A stretch of DNA of 64,000 bases from Eledone cirrhosa (Eukaryota): assembly GCA_964016885.1 (NCBI GenBank), contig OZ024744.1:119536001-119600000 (forward strand), written 5' to 3'. Each line of letters begins with the position of its first letter. Positions within the stretch are counted from its first letter, which is position 1. The position numbers were made by a program, and so were the translations under genes. The notes beneath the pieces are model-generated. The model saw only the letters and a program-made list of their open reading frames with translations, was not told the DNA's origin and made no database searches. Shown here one piece after another: positions 14,258-26,463 of this stretch.

Positions 14258-14320
14258 AGATAGCTTTTTCTAACCACAAGCTATTTCGGCGACTGAAAAA
14301 AAAAAAAAAAAAATCAGAAG

Positions 14321-15082
14321 ATGGCGACACGACTACGGATGAACAAAGCTATCAGGGCATTCACCGGGGAAGGTGATGTTGTCGCTTGGCTGGGGAAGGT
14401 TCGGCTGGTCACAAGCTTGCAGAAGATAGAGGACGTGGCCGGCCTCATGGCATTGTACCTCGAGGGCGACGCGCTGGTACTCTTCCTTGAGTTGGACGAG
14501 CACAGCCAAAGAGATGTGCAGAAGATTGAGAGGCGTCTGATGGATGCATTCGCCGGGGGACCGTTGGCAGCTTTTGCTAAGCTGGCGAGAATCAGGTGGA
14601 ATGGTGAGCGCGTCGACATTTTCGCAGGGGAAATAAGGCGGTTGGCTATGTTGGCCGGCTACCAGGCGGAATGCGAACGCACGGTGCGGTTGGCGTTCAT
14701 TAATGGATTTCCGGACGACATAGCGGTGAAACTGCAGCAAGTCCCGGGTTATAAAGAGATGGAAATGCGTTCACTGGTGGAACAAGTCCGGATCATAGCG
14801 GAAGATGCCAAAAATAGTGTTGCGGCGATAGCAACTACGGAGGCTCAGGACACCTGGCAGCGAAATGGTGAAAGGGAGGCAACCTCGGCACGCGGCCATC
14901 CGCGTGCGTTTAGGGGGCGCTGTTTTCGTTGCCAGGGCCCGCATATGGCTAGAGACTGTAGAGAGTCGAAGCCGGAGATAATTTGCTACCGGTGTAAGCG
15001 ACCAAGCCACATCGCTACTAACTGCGACCAGGAAAACGATCCAAGGGGAACTACTGCGCCGGTAGTTGCCCCTTACGAGTAG
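14321..15082 (+). CDS. gag: Gag with two CCHC-type zinc knuckles
   Basis: 253-aa ORF containing CFRCQGPHMARDC and CYRCKRPSHIATNC. Confidence 0.9.
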   Translation: MATRLRMNKAIRAFTGEGDVVAWLGKVRLVTSLQKIEDVAGLMALYLEGDALVLFLELDEHSQRDVQKIERRLMDAFAGGPLAAFAKLARIRWNGERVDIFAGEIRRLAMLAGYQAECERTVRLAFINGFPDDIAVKLQQVPGYKEMEMRSLVEQVRIIAEDAKNSVAAIATTEAQDTWQRNGEREATSARGHPRAFRGRCFRCQGPHMARDCRESKPEIICYRCKRPSHIATNCDQENDPRGTTAPVVAPYE

Positions 15083-17904
15083 CGGCGCTGTCCGTGGTGG
15101 AAGTCTTCGTGAGGGGGAAGCCACAGCGAGCCCTCGTGGATACGGGCTGTACGACGACACTGGTGACCGCGGGGGTGGCGCAGAGGTGGGGAGGGAAGAG
15201 CAGCGTAAGGGCAGTCGACGGCAGGAAAATTGAATGCCGAGGTCGCAGCGAGATGGAAATAGCGGTACGAGGAAGGAGGATAAGGCTTTCCGCCATCGTG
15301 GTAGACAGTGTGGTGGATGGGATCGGCGTGGTTATGGGCATGGACGCGATTGGCCGTCTAGGGGGCGTCACGGTGAACAATGTCGGTGTGTCGTTTGGCG
15401 CCGCTGCATCGGTATGCGCTGTGAGTGCACGTCATGAGAACCAGAAGGCTCACGAGGAGGAATACCCCGCTTACACTGTACAGGACAAAGACTTCAAGGC
15501 CGTGTTTGATGGGCAGCGATGGGTTGTTGAGTGGTACTGGAAGGGACAACCACCAACACTGAAGACCAAAGTGGGCTGCTATCAACACACATTGAAGGGA
15601 AACGCTAGGAGCGAGTTCGAGCGAGAAGTAGAGAGATGGATCGAAGAGGGCATACTGCTGCCCTGGAAGGAGGAGGTGAAGTGCGGAGTATTGCCGTTGA
15701 TGGCGGTGGTGCAGCCCACGAAGAGCAAGGTGAGGCCGGTGCTGGACTATCAGGAGCTGAACGAGCACGTGTTATGCCACACGGGTAGCGAGGTCACGGA
15801 TGTCTGTGGGGAAAGCCTGCGTGAGTGGAGATGCATGACGGGGGGTTCAGCGATCGTGGATCTAAAGTCGGCTTACTTGCAGCTGCATATAGATGAGAAG
15901 CTCTGGCAGTATCAGCTGGTCAGGTATAAGGGCCGGACATATTGCCTGACCAGGCTCGGTTTCGGGCTGAGCTCCGCACCGAAGATCATGGCGGCGGTCC
16001 TCAAGACCGCTCTGGGGAGGGGCGACAAGATAAAGAAGGCTACTAACTCCTATATTGACAACATCCTAGTGGACGAGTCGGTGGTGTCGACGGCGGAGAT
16101 CACGAGCCATTTGCGGAGGTATGGACTGACTGCGAAGCCATCAGAAGCATTGGAGGGAGGAGCCGCGCTGGGACTTAGGCTACGGCGAGACAAGACGGGC
16201 GTTTTGGTGTTCCAGAGGGGAAACGAAGTTCCGGAACTGGGCCCAAGTATGAATAGGCGGGAGCTTTTTTCGGTGTCTGGAAAGCTGGTGGGTCACTACC
16301 CGATCGCTGGGTGGCTCCGGACGGCATGCAGCTATGTCAAGAGACGAGCGGGAGGGGTGACTTGGAGTGACAGAGTGGGAGAGAGGACGGTGGCCATGAT
16401 GAAGGAGATCGTGGGGAGGGTGAAGGCCGACGACCCAGTGCGGGGACGCTGGTACGTTCCCAAATCACAGAGCGGGACCGTATGTTGCGATGCCAGCAGC
16501 ATAGCGCTGGGTGTCACGTTGGAGATAGGAGGTGTTGAGGTCGAGGATGCAACCTGGCTTAGAAAGAAGGACGACTGCAGCCACATCAATGTGGCCGAGC
16601 TGGATGCGGTGTTGAGAGGGGTGAACCTCGCCCTGCGGTGGGGGCTGCGCACCATCGAGATACGCACCGACTCGCTACTGTACTCGGATGGGTAAGATCA
16701 GTGCTCACCAGTGAGAAGAGAGTGCGAACGAAAGGCGCGGCGGAGATGCTGATAAAGCGCCGCCTGGGAACGTTAGGAGAGCTGGCCACCGAGTTCGATC
16801 TGAGGCTGAGCATAGTTTTCGTGCCCTCAGAGAAAAATAGGACGGACGTCTTAACTAGAGTGAAGAAAGCCTGGATGGAAGCGCCGGAGGAGGTAGAGGA
16901 TGAGATAGCTGCTGTGTGTCGGCTGACCGAGTTAGACCTGAAGGGGTTGCATGACATGCACCACATGGGGGTAGATAGGAGCCTGTTCCTAGCCAGGAGA
17001 ATCGACTCGGACGTTAGCAGACACAGTGTTCGGGGGGTGGTTAGAGGCTGCGTCCGATGTCAGTCCATTGATCCCGCCCCGGGTGTACACGAAACGGGAA
17101 GCCTCCCGGTGGATCGCGACTGGAAGCGATTAGCGGTGGATGTAACACACTACCGACAGGGAACGTACCTCTCGATGGTCGACTGTGGACCAGGACGGAT
17201 GGCGATATGGAGGGAGATGAAGACTGGAATGGCCGAGGAAATCGTGCGGACGTTGAGAGAGGTGTTCTTGGAGCGGGGCCCTGTGGACGAACTGCTGATG
17301 GACAACAGCGCAGCGTTCCGCTCGGAGGCACTGAGGGAGATGCTCGATGGATGGAAGGTGGACCGTTTCTTCAGAGCGGCGCACAGGCCGAGCGGGAATG
17401 GAATTGTGGAGCGACACCACCGGACGATCAAGGCAATGGCGGAGCGGGGCCATATCTCACCAATGGAGGCAGTGTTCTGGTACAATATGTCCCCTCGGGT
17501 TGGACAGGTCGAGGAATCGGTGCCACACAGAGCAGTATTCAAATACGAGTGGCGGCACCCGTGCACGCCACCACAACGGCTAGTGGAGAGAGAGTGCATT
17601 CGTGCAGGTGGGCGAAGAAGTCTGGGTTAAGCCCCCAGATGCACATTGCACATCTCAATGGGGAAGGGGAACGGTGACGGCCGTAAATTCAAAGAACAAT
17701 GTGTCCGTGGACGGGGTACCACGTCATGTCCTGGATGTAAGAGGAATCACTGTGTCGGAGGACTCCGAGGAAGAGGAAACCCAAGATGAGGTGGAAACCC
17801 AGAACCCTGCCCCAATAATACGAAGATCGCAACGAAGTCGTAGACCACCGACCTGGACGGCAGACTTTCATATGCAGAGGGACGAGGGGAAAATTGATCC
17901 TTGA
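15031..17904 (+). pseudogene. pol: Gypsy pol (protease, RT, RNase H, integrase), disrupted
   Basis: Protease ALVDTG; RT VDLKSAY..LGFGL..YIDN (catalytic D changed to N); RNase H DAS..AEL..TDS; integrase H..H..CxxC, AVD, MDN, GIVER. Frameshifts near 16675 and 17600. Confidence 0.93.
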
Positions 17905-17917
17905 GATCAGGGGGGCG

Positions 17918-18173
17918 TGTGGGTATGGTGTGGCGTGTGGTGGCCGGAGGCGGGGGAGTGCTCGACCGGAAGGGTCTTTTGGCCGGAAGGATGCTCGACC
18001 GGAAGGGCCAGCAGAGGGCCTCTCTCTAGTGGTGACCAGCACACGGTGTGGACGCGAGTTTTGGGCAGCTCCCGGTGTTAAGCAGTTGGACGCACGTGGA
18101 AGAGAAGTAACCTGCAGTGGAGTTTAGCGGCGCCTGTGAAAAGCGGTAAGTGAGATAGCTTTTTCTAACCACA
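17918..18173 (+). repeat. 3' LTR (256 bp)
   Basis: TGTGG...CCACA termini. Matches the solo LTR at 48206-48556. Confidence 0.95.
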
Positions 18174-18720
18174 CCCAGTACACACTATATAGTGGTCATG
18201 TAGGTGTCACAACAAAATGTACCCAGTACACTCTGTAAAGTGGTCATGTAGGTGTCACAACAAAAAGTAGCCAGTACACACTGTAAAGTGGTCATGTAGG
18301 TGTCACAACAAAAAGTAGCCAGTACACACTGTAAAGTGGTCATGTAGGTGTCACAACAAAATGTACCCAGTACACTCTGTAAAGTGGTCGAATAGGTGTC
18401 ACAACAAAAAGTACCCAGTACACACTGTAAAGTGGTCATGTAGGTGTCACAACAAAAAGTACCCAGTACACACTGCTAAAGAGGTCATGTAGGTGTCACA
18501 ACAAAAAGTACCCAGTACACACTGTAAAGTGGTCATGTAGGTGTCACAACAATAAGTACCCAGTACACACTGTAAAGTGGTCATGTAGGTGTCACAACAA
18601 AATGTACCCAGTACACACTGTAAAGTGGTCATGTAGGTGACACAAAAAAAAGTACCCAGTACACACTGTAAAGTGGTCATGTAGGTGTCATGACAAAGAG
18701 TACCCAGTAGTCACTGCAAA
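18174..18720. repeat. 48-bp minisatellite block 4b
   Basis: Resumes at CCCAGTACAC directly after the LTR. Confidence 0.97.
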
Positions 18721-20636
18721 TGTGGTTGGCATTAAGAAGTGCATCCATCTGTAGAAATCAAGCCCAAACCTGTTCTGTATGAGCAAGACATGGTCACCTG
18801 ACCTGACTTGTTTCACAATGGGGCAACTCATCAAAGACATGCTAGTGTGGTTAAATGGACATTAAACAGTGATGATGATGAAAACAGGACCCTGACACCA
18901 TTGTTAAAGGGGTCCTGTTCATTATGTAGAAAAAGGGGCAATACGGTGCAGCAAGGGTAAGTTATGTGTTGTGAGAGACTGACAGAAAATGTAAACTTTG
19001 TAAATGGAGAATACACAGGTGTAGTTTCTATTACATGGGTAATCTAATGATAAGTGGATGGGATTTACTGAAAGTAGACAGAATAAGAATGGGTGAGGGT
19101 GGAGGGAGATATTATTTTTGTTGGTAGTAAAAGGTTTCTATGTAGTCGCCTTCTTTGTCGAAAAACAAAGAAGGTCAAGAATTGATGAATTCCTAGTTTC
19201 ACTTTAGAGATCATCAGGGCTTTGCGTTTCTAGATACACCACTCTTGGGTCCGAAATAACAGCTGGGGTGAAATAGATGGTATGGAACAAACGGGGTGGA
19301 ATGGAATAAGTGGGTCTGGGTTGGAAAATCAGTAATTTTTTCTAGGTTGCCTCTATTGATAATTTTAAAAACCAGAATTAGTCGTTTAGTATACATATTG
19401 AGACCCAACCCATCCTATTTATTTTATAACATATGGTATTTCTAATAATGTACTTTTTTCGTCATGTATAATGTTTTTTAATGTCTAAATGAAAATTGTC
19501 ACAGGAATGCTACCACTTAAAATAACATTTATCAGGAGATAGATTAGCAACATTTAATAAGAGGTAGGGGTGGAATAATAGCGGTGTTGGAACATTAATA
19601 GGAGCGGGAGAGTCATTTGAGTACATTTTCGCATCAACTTTGTAATTAGCAAAAGTTAATAATTTTATTAGTTGATGTACAAATATTACGTTTAAATAAT
19701 TTTGAAGAAGCAGAAAAAGAAAAAGTATATTTCATTTAAGTACATCCAAACATAAACTCACTATATATATATATTGGGAATAATTTATGTCAAGTTTTAA
19801 TTCAAAATATATTTACTTTAATAAGTCATAACACAGTAATATCATTTAAGACAACAGTGTCCTTCGATTACCTCCCTTGTTACATATATTACAATTTATT
19901 TTAGAATTGGGGCAAGGCCACCTAAATTAATGATTTTATGGGGTGTTTGCCTCTCCTTTTCATTTATGGCTTTTATAGTCCTCTTCTATACACCGAGGTT
20001 TGCCTTTCTTTTCCCTTTCCCCCTATTTATTTTTCATTTCTTAATTTTGTCTTTATCCTTTTATTTTTTATATTTGCATCATTAACAAAAAAATTAAGTC
20101 AGAATTATATGAGTGGCACAAATATTTCCATCGGAATATCTAATCAGGGAATAGACGATTGTTAGGGTTTCGTTTCAATTCCACACAATATCGTTAATAA
20201 ATCTGCTTCTGACTGTTATTTGAGGCTATCTTACCATATCCAGGTATATCTTTTATAAATACCATTTATCAAGTTTTTATTATATAAAATAAATATAAAT
20301 AACATTACAAATTGCTCACAATTCTTTCAGAATAACATTACCAATATAATGTTGACAAACACAAATATAAACACATATAACAAATAAAATTAACTATTGC
20401 TAGGAACCTCACAAAAACAACAAGAAAATATATGACCAGAGCGAGAGGAAGAAAAAAGAAGGAAAAGACAAAACAAAGGAAGGAAGCAAACACAAAAACG
20501 ACCTTCATTCACCAGTGACAATTAGTCGCACGTCACAAGAGTCAATAGACAGCAATTGGGACAATTAGTCACACGTCACAAGTGTCAACTGAATATTTTG
20601 AGGCAACATTACCATGAGTGATGACAAGGCTGAAAC
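18721..20636. repeat. macrosatellite spacer, copy 4
   Basis: Near-identical to copy 3. Confidence 0.97.
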
Positions 20637-21859
20637 AAAGTAGCTAGTACACACTGTAAAGTGGTCATGTAGGTGTCACAACAAAGAGTACCCAGTACAC
20701 ACTGTAAAGTGGTCATGTAGGTGTCACAACAAAGAGTACCCAGTACACACTGTAAAGTGGTCATGTAGGTGTCACAACAAAGAGTACCCAGTACACACTG
20801 TAAAGTTGTCATGTAGGTGTCACAACAAAGAGTACCCAGTACACACTATAAAGTTGTCATGTAGGTGTCACAACAAAGAGTACCCAGTACACACTGTAAA
20901 GTTGTCATGTAGGTGTCACAACAAAGAGTACCCAGTACACACTGTAAAGTGGTCATGTAGGTGTCACAACAAAGAGTACCCAGTACACACTATAAAGTTG
21001 TCATGTAGGTGTCACAACAAAGAGTACCCAGTACACACTGTAAAGTGGTCATGTAGGTGTCACAACAAAGAGTACCCAGTACACACTGTAAAGTGGTCAT
21101 GTAGGTGTCACAACAAAGAGTACCCAGTACACACTATAAAGTTGTCATGTAGGTGTCACAACAAAGAGTACCCAGTACACACTATAAAGTTGTCATGAAG
21201 TTGTCACAACAAAGAGTACCCAGTACACATTATACAGTTGTCATGTAGCTGTCACAACAAAAAGTACCCAGTACACACTATAAAGTTGTCATGTAGGTGT
21301 CACAACAAAGAGTACCCAGTACACACTATAAAGTTGTCATGTAGGTGTCACAACAAGAGTACCCAGTACACACTGTAAAGTGGTCATGTAGGTGTCACAA
21401 CAAGAGTACCCAGTACACTCTGTAAAGTGGTCATGTAGCTGTCAAAACAAAACTATCTAGTACACTCTGTAAAGTTTTCATGTAGGTCTCACAACAAAAA
21501 GTACCCAGTACACACTATAAAGTGGGCATGTAGTGTCACAACAAAAAGTACCCAGTGCACACAGTAAAGTGGTCATGTAGGTATCACAACAAAAAGTACC
21601 TAGTACATACTATAAAGTTGTCATGTAGGTGTCACAACAAAGAGTACTCAGTACACACTATAGAGTTGTCATGTAGCTGTCACAACAAAAAGTACGCAGT
21701 ACACACTATAAATTTTTCATGTAGGTGTCACAACAAAAAGTACCCAGTACACACTGCAAAATGGTCATGTAGGTGACACAACAAAGAGTACCCAGCCAAC
21801 ACTGTAAAGTGATCATGTAGGTGTCATGACAAAGAGTACCTGGGACACACTGTAAAGTG
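20637..21859. repeat. 48-bp minisatellite block 5a
   Basis: Duplicate of block 4a plus one monomer. Confidence 0.97.
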
Positions 21860-21922
21860 AGATAGCTTTTTCTAACCACAAGCTATTTCGGCGACTGAAA
21901 AAAAAAAAAAAAAAATCAGAAG

Positions 21923-22684
21923 ATGGCGACACGACTACGGATGAACAAAGCTATCAGGGCATTCACCGGGGAAGGTGATGTTGTCGCTTGGCTGGGGAAG
22001 GTTCGGCTGGTCACAAGCTTGCAGAAGATAGAGGACGTGGCCGGCCTCATGGCATTGTACCTCGAGGGCGACGCGCTGGTACTCTTCCTTGAGTTGGACG
22101 AGCACAGCCAAAGAGATGTGCAGAAGATTGAGAGGCGTCTGATGGATGCATTCGCCGGGGGACCGTTGGCAGCTTTTGCTAAGCTGGCGAGAATCAGGTG
22201 GAATGGTGAGCGCGTCGACATTTTCGCAGGGGAAATAAGGCGGTTGGCTATGTTGGCCGGCTACCAGGCGGAATGCGAACGCACGGTGCGGTTGGCGTTC
22301 ATTAATGGATTTCCGGACGACATAGCGGTGAAACTGCAGCAAGTCCCGGGTTATAAAGAGATGGAAATGCGTTCACTGGTGGAACAAGTCCGGATCATAG
22401 CGGAAGATGCCAAAAATAGTGTTGCGGCGATAGCAACTACGGAGGCTCAGGACACCTGGCAGCGAAATGGTGAAAGGGAGGCAACCTCGGCACGCGGCCA
22501 TCCGCGTGCGTTTAGGGGGCGCTGTTTTCGTTGCCAGGGCCCGCATATGGCTAGAGACTGTAGAGAGTCGAAGCCGGAGATAATTTGCTACCGGTGTAAG
22601 CGACCAAGCCACATCGCTACTAACTGCGACCAGGAAAACGATCCAAGGGGAACTACTGCGCCGGTAGTTGCCCCTTACGAGTAG
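21923..22684 (+). CDS. gag: Gag (same protein as copy 1)
   Basis: Identical 253-aa translation. Confidence 0.9.
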   Translation: MATRLRMNKAIRAFTGEGDVVAWLGKVRLVTSLQKIEDVAGLMALYLEGDALVLFLELDEHSQRDVQKIERRLMDAFAGGPLAAFAKLARIRWNGERVDIFAGEIRRLAMLAGYQAECERTVRLAFINGFPDDIAVKLQQVPGYKEMEMRSLVEQVRIIAEDAKNSVAAIATTEAQDTWQRNGEREATSARGHPRAFRGRCFRCQGPHMARDCRESKPEIICYRCKRPSHIATNCDQENDPRGTTAPVVAPYE

Positions 22685-25503
22685 CGGCGCTGTCCGTGGT
22701 GGAAGTCTTCGTGAGGGGGAAGCCACAGCGAGCCCTCGTGGATACGGGCTGTACGACGACACTGGTGACCGCGGGGGTGGCGCAGAGGTGGGGAGGGAAG
22801 AGCAGCGTAAGGGCAGTCGACGGCAGGAAAATTGAATGCCGAGGTCGCAGCGAGATGGAAATAGCGGTACGAGGAAGGAGGATAAGGCTTTCCGCCATCG
22901 TGGTAGACAGTGTGGTGGATGGGATCGGCGTGGTTATGGGCATGGACGCGATTGGCCGTCTAGGGGGCGTCACGGTGAACAATGTCGGTGTGTCGTTTGG
23001 CGCCGCTGCATCGGCATGCGCAGTGAGTGCACGTCATGAGAACCAGAAGGCCCACGAGGAGGAATACCCCGCTTACACTGTACAGGACAAAGACTTCAAG
23101 GCCGTGTTTGATGGGCAGCGATGGGTTGTTGAGTGGTACTGGAAGGGACAACCACCAACACTGAAGACCAAAGTGGGCTGCTATCAACACACATTGAAGG
23201 GAAACGCTAGGAGCGAGTTCGAGCGAGAAGTAGAGAGATGGATCGAAGAGGGCATACTGCTTCCCTGGAAGGAGGTGAAGTGCGGAGTATTGCCGTTAAT
23301 GGCGGTGGTGCAACCCACGAAGAGCAAGGTGAGGCCGGTGCTGGACTATCAGGAGCTGAACGAGCACGTGTTATGCCACACGGGTAGCGAGGTCACGGAT
23401 GTCTGTGGGGAAAGCCTGCGTGAGTGGAGATGCATGACGGGGGGTTCAGCGATCGTGGATCTAAAGTCGGCTTACTTGCAGCTGCATATAGATGAGAAGC
23501 TCTGGCAGTATCAGCTGGTCAGGTATAAGGGCCGGACATATTGCCTGACCAGGCTCGGTTTCGGGCTGAGCTCCGCACCGAAGATCATGGCGGCGGTCCT
23601 CAAGACCGCTCTGGGGAGGGGCGACAAGATAAAGAAGGCTACTAACTCCTATATTGACAACATCCTAGTGGACGAGTCGGTGGTGTCGACGGCGGAGATC
23701 ACGAGCCATTTGCGGAGGTATGGACTGACTGCGAAGCCATCAGAAGCATTGGAGGGAGGAGCCGCGCTGGGACTTAGGCTACGGCGAGACAAGACGGGCG
23801 TTTTGGTGTTCCAGAGGGGAAACGAAGTTCCGGAACTGGGCCCAAGTATGAATAGGCGGGAGCTTTTTTCGGTGTCTGGAAAGCTGGTGGGTCACTACCC
23901 GATCGCTGGGTGGCTCCGGACGGCATGCAGCTATGTCAAGAGACGAGCGGGAGGGGTGACTTGGAGTGACAGAGTGGGAGAGAGGACGGTGGCCATGATG
24001 AAGGAGATCGTGGGGAGGGTGAAGGCCGACGACCCAGTGCGGGGACGCTGGTACGTTCCCAAATCACAGAGCGGGACCGTATGTTGCGATGCCAGCAGCA
24101 TAGCGCTGGGTGTCACGTTGGAGATAGGAGGTGTTGAGGTCGAGGATGCAACCTGGCTTAGAAAGAAGGACGACTGCAGCCACATCAATGTGGCCGAGCT
24201 GGATGCGGTGTTGAGAGGGGTGAACCTCGCCCTGCGGTGGGGGCTGCGCACCATCGAGATACGCACCGACTCGCTACTGTACTCGGATGGGTAAGATCAG
24301 TGCTCACCAGTGAGAAGAGAGTGCGAACGAAAGGCGCGGCGGAGATGCTGATAAAGCGCCGCCTGGGAACGTTAGGAGAGCTGGCCACCGAGTTCGATCT
24401 GAGGCTGAGCATAGTTTTCGTGCCCTCAGAGAAAAATAGGACGGACGTCTTAACTAGAGTGAAGAAAGCCTGGATGGAAGCGCCGGAGGAGGTAGAGGAT
24501 GAGATAGCTGCTGTGTGTCGGCTGACCGAGTTAGACCTGAAGGGGTTGCATGACATGCACCACATGGGGGTAGATAGGAGCCTGTTCCTAGCCAGGAGAA
24601 TCGACTCGGACGTTAGCAGACACAGTGTTCGGGGGGTGGTTAGAGGCTGCGTCCGATGTCAGTCCATTGATCCCGCCCCGGGTGTACACGAAACGGGAAG
24701 CCTCCCGGTGGATCGCGACTGGAAGCGATTAGCGGTGGATGTAACACACTACCGACAGGGAACGTACCTCTCGATGGTCGACTGTGGACCAGGACGGATG
24801 GCGATATGGAGGGAGATGAAGACTGGAATGGCCGAGGAAATCGTGCGGACGTTGAGAGAGGTGTTCTTGGAGCGGGGCCCTGTGGACGAACTGCTGATGG
24901 ACAACAGCGCAGCGTTCCGCTCGGAGGCACTGAGGGAGATGCTCGATGGATGGAAGGTGGACCGTTTCTTCAGAGCGGCGCACAGGCCGAGCGGGAATGG
25001 AATTGTGGAGCGACACCACCGGACGATCAAGGCAATGGCGGAGCGGGGCCATATCTCACCAATGGAGGCAGTGTTCTGGTACAATATGTCCCCTCGGGTT
25101 GGACAGGTCGAGGAATCGGTGCCACACAGAGCAGTATTCAAATACGAGTGGCGGCACCCGTGCACGCCACCACAACGGCTAGTGGAGAGAGAGTGCATTC
25201 GTGCAGGTGGGCGAAGAAGTCTGGGTTAAGCCCCCAGATGCACATTGCACATCTCAATGGGGAAGGGGAACGGTGACGGCCGTAAATTCAAAGAACAATG
25301 TGTCCGTGGACGGGGTACCACGTCATGTCCTGGATGTAAGAGGAATCACTGTGTCGGAGGACTCCGAGGAAGAGGAAACCCAAGATGAGGTGGAAACCCA
25401 GAACCCTGCCCCAATAATACGAAGATCGCAACGAAGTCGTAGACCACCGACCTGGACGGCAGACTTTCATATGCAGAGGGACGAGGGGAAAATTGATCCT
25501 TGA
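22633..25503 (+). pseudogene. pol: Gypsy pol, disrupted
   Basis: As copy 1, with one codon deleted (532 vs 533 aa). Confidence 0.93.
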
Positions 25504-25772
25504 GATCAGGGGGGCGTGTGGGTATGGTGTGGCGTGTGGTGGCCGGAGGCGGGGGAGTGCTCGACCGGAAGGGTCTTTTGGCCGGAAGGATGCTCGACCG
25601 GAAGGGCCAGCAGAGGGCCTCTCTCTAGTGGTGACCAGCACACGGTGTGGACGCGAGTTTTGGGCAGCTCCCGGTGTTAAGCAGTTGGACGCACGTGGAA
25701 GAGAAGTAACCTGCAGTGGAGTTTAGCGGCGCCTGTGAAAAGCGGTAAGTGAGATAGCTTTTTCTAACCACA

Positions 25773-26463
25773 CCCAGTACACACTATATAGTGGTCATGT
25801 AGGTGTCACAACAAAATGTACCCAGTACACTCTGTAAAGTGGTCATGTAGGTGTCACAACAAAAAGTAGCCAGTACACACTGTAAAGTGGTCATGTAGGT
25901 GTCACAACAAAAAGTAGCCAGTACACACTGTAAAGTGGTCATGTAGGTGTCACAACAAAATGTACCCAGTACACTCTGTAAAGTGGTCGAATAGGTGTCA
26001 CAACAAAAAGTACCCAGTACACACTGTAAAGTGGTCATGTAGGTGTCACAACAAAAAGTACCCAGTACACACTGCTAAAGAGGTCATGTAGGTGTCACAA
26101 CAAAAAGTACCCAGTACACACTGTAAAGTGGTCATGTAGGTGTCACAACAATAAGTACCCAGTACACACTGTAAAGTGGTCATGTAGGTGTCACAACAAA
26201 ATGTACCCAGTACACACTGTAAAGTGGTCATGTAGGTGTCACAACAAAATGTACCCAGTACACACTGTAAAGTGGTCATGTAGGTGTCACAACAAAATGT
26301 ACCCAGTACACACTGTAAAGTGGTCATGTAGGTGTCACAACAAAATGTACCCAGTACACACTGTAAAGTGGTCATGTAGGTGACACAAAAAAAAGTACCC
26401 AGTACACACTGTAAAGTGGTCATGTAGGTGTCATGACAAAGAGTACCCAGTAGTCACTGCAAA
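25773..26463. repeat. 48-bp minisatellite block 5b
   Basis: Block 4b plus three monomers. Confidence 0.97.

Larger units (their letters stand above)
14253..18173 (+). mobile_element. Ty3/Gypsy LTR retrotransposon, copy 1 (5' LTR mostly deleted, pol inactivated)
   Basis: Domain order is gag-PR-RT-RNaseH-INT. The 3' LTR (17918-18173, TGT...ACA) follows a purine tract GAGATCAGGGGGG. Only the last 26 bp of the 5' LTR remain (14253-14278). Confidence 0.96.
21855..25772 (+). mobile_element. Ty3/Gypsy LTR retrotransposon, copy 2 (segmental duplicate of copy 1)
   Basis: Same junctions, same YIDN mutation and same frameshifts as copy 1. 3' LTR at 25517-25772. Confidence 0.96.

Noticed and set aside
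14279-14296. Primer-binding site
   Set aside because: The position fits, but it reads TTTCGGCGACTG rather than starting TGG, so no tRNA can be assigned by eye.
14314-18127. Antisense and alternative-frame ORFs over Gypsy (and over the LINEs); env-like third ORF
   Set aside because: Expected shadows of GC-rich coding DNA. ORF 17602-17904 is the frameshifted integrase tail, and 17894-18127 lies in the LTR.
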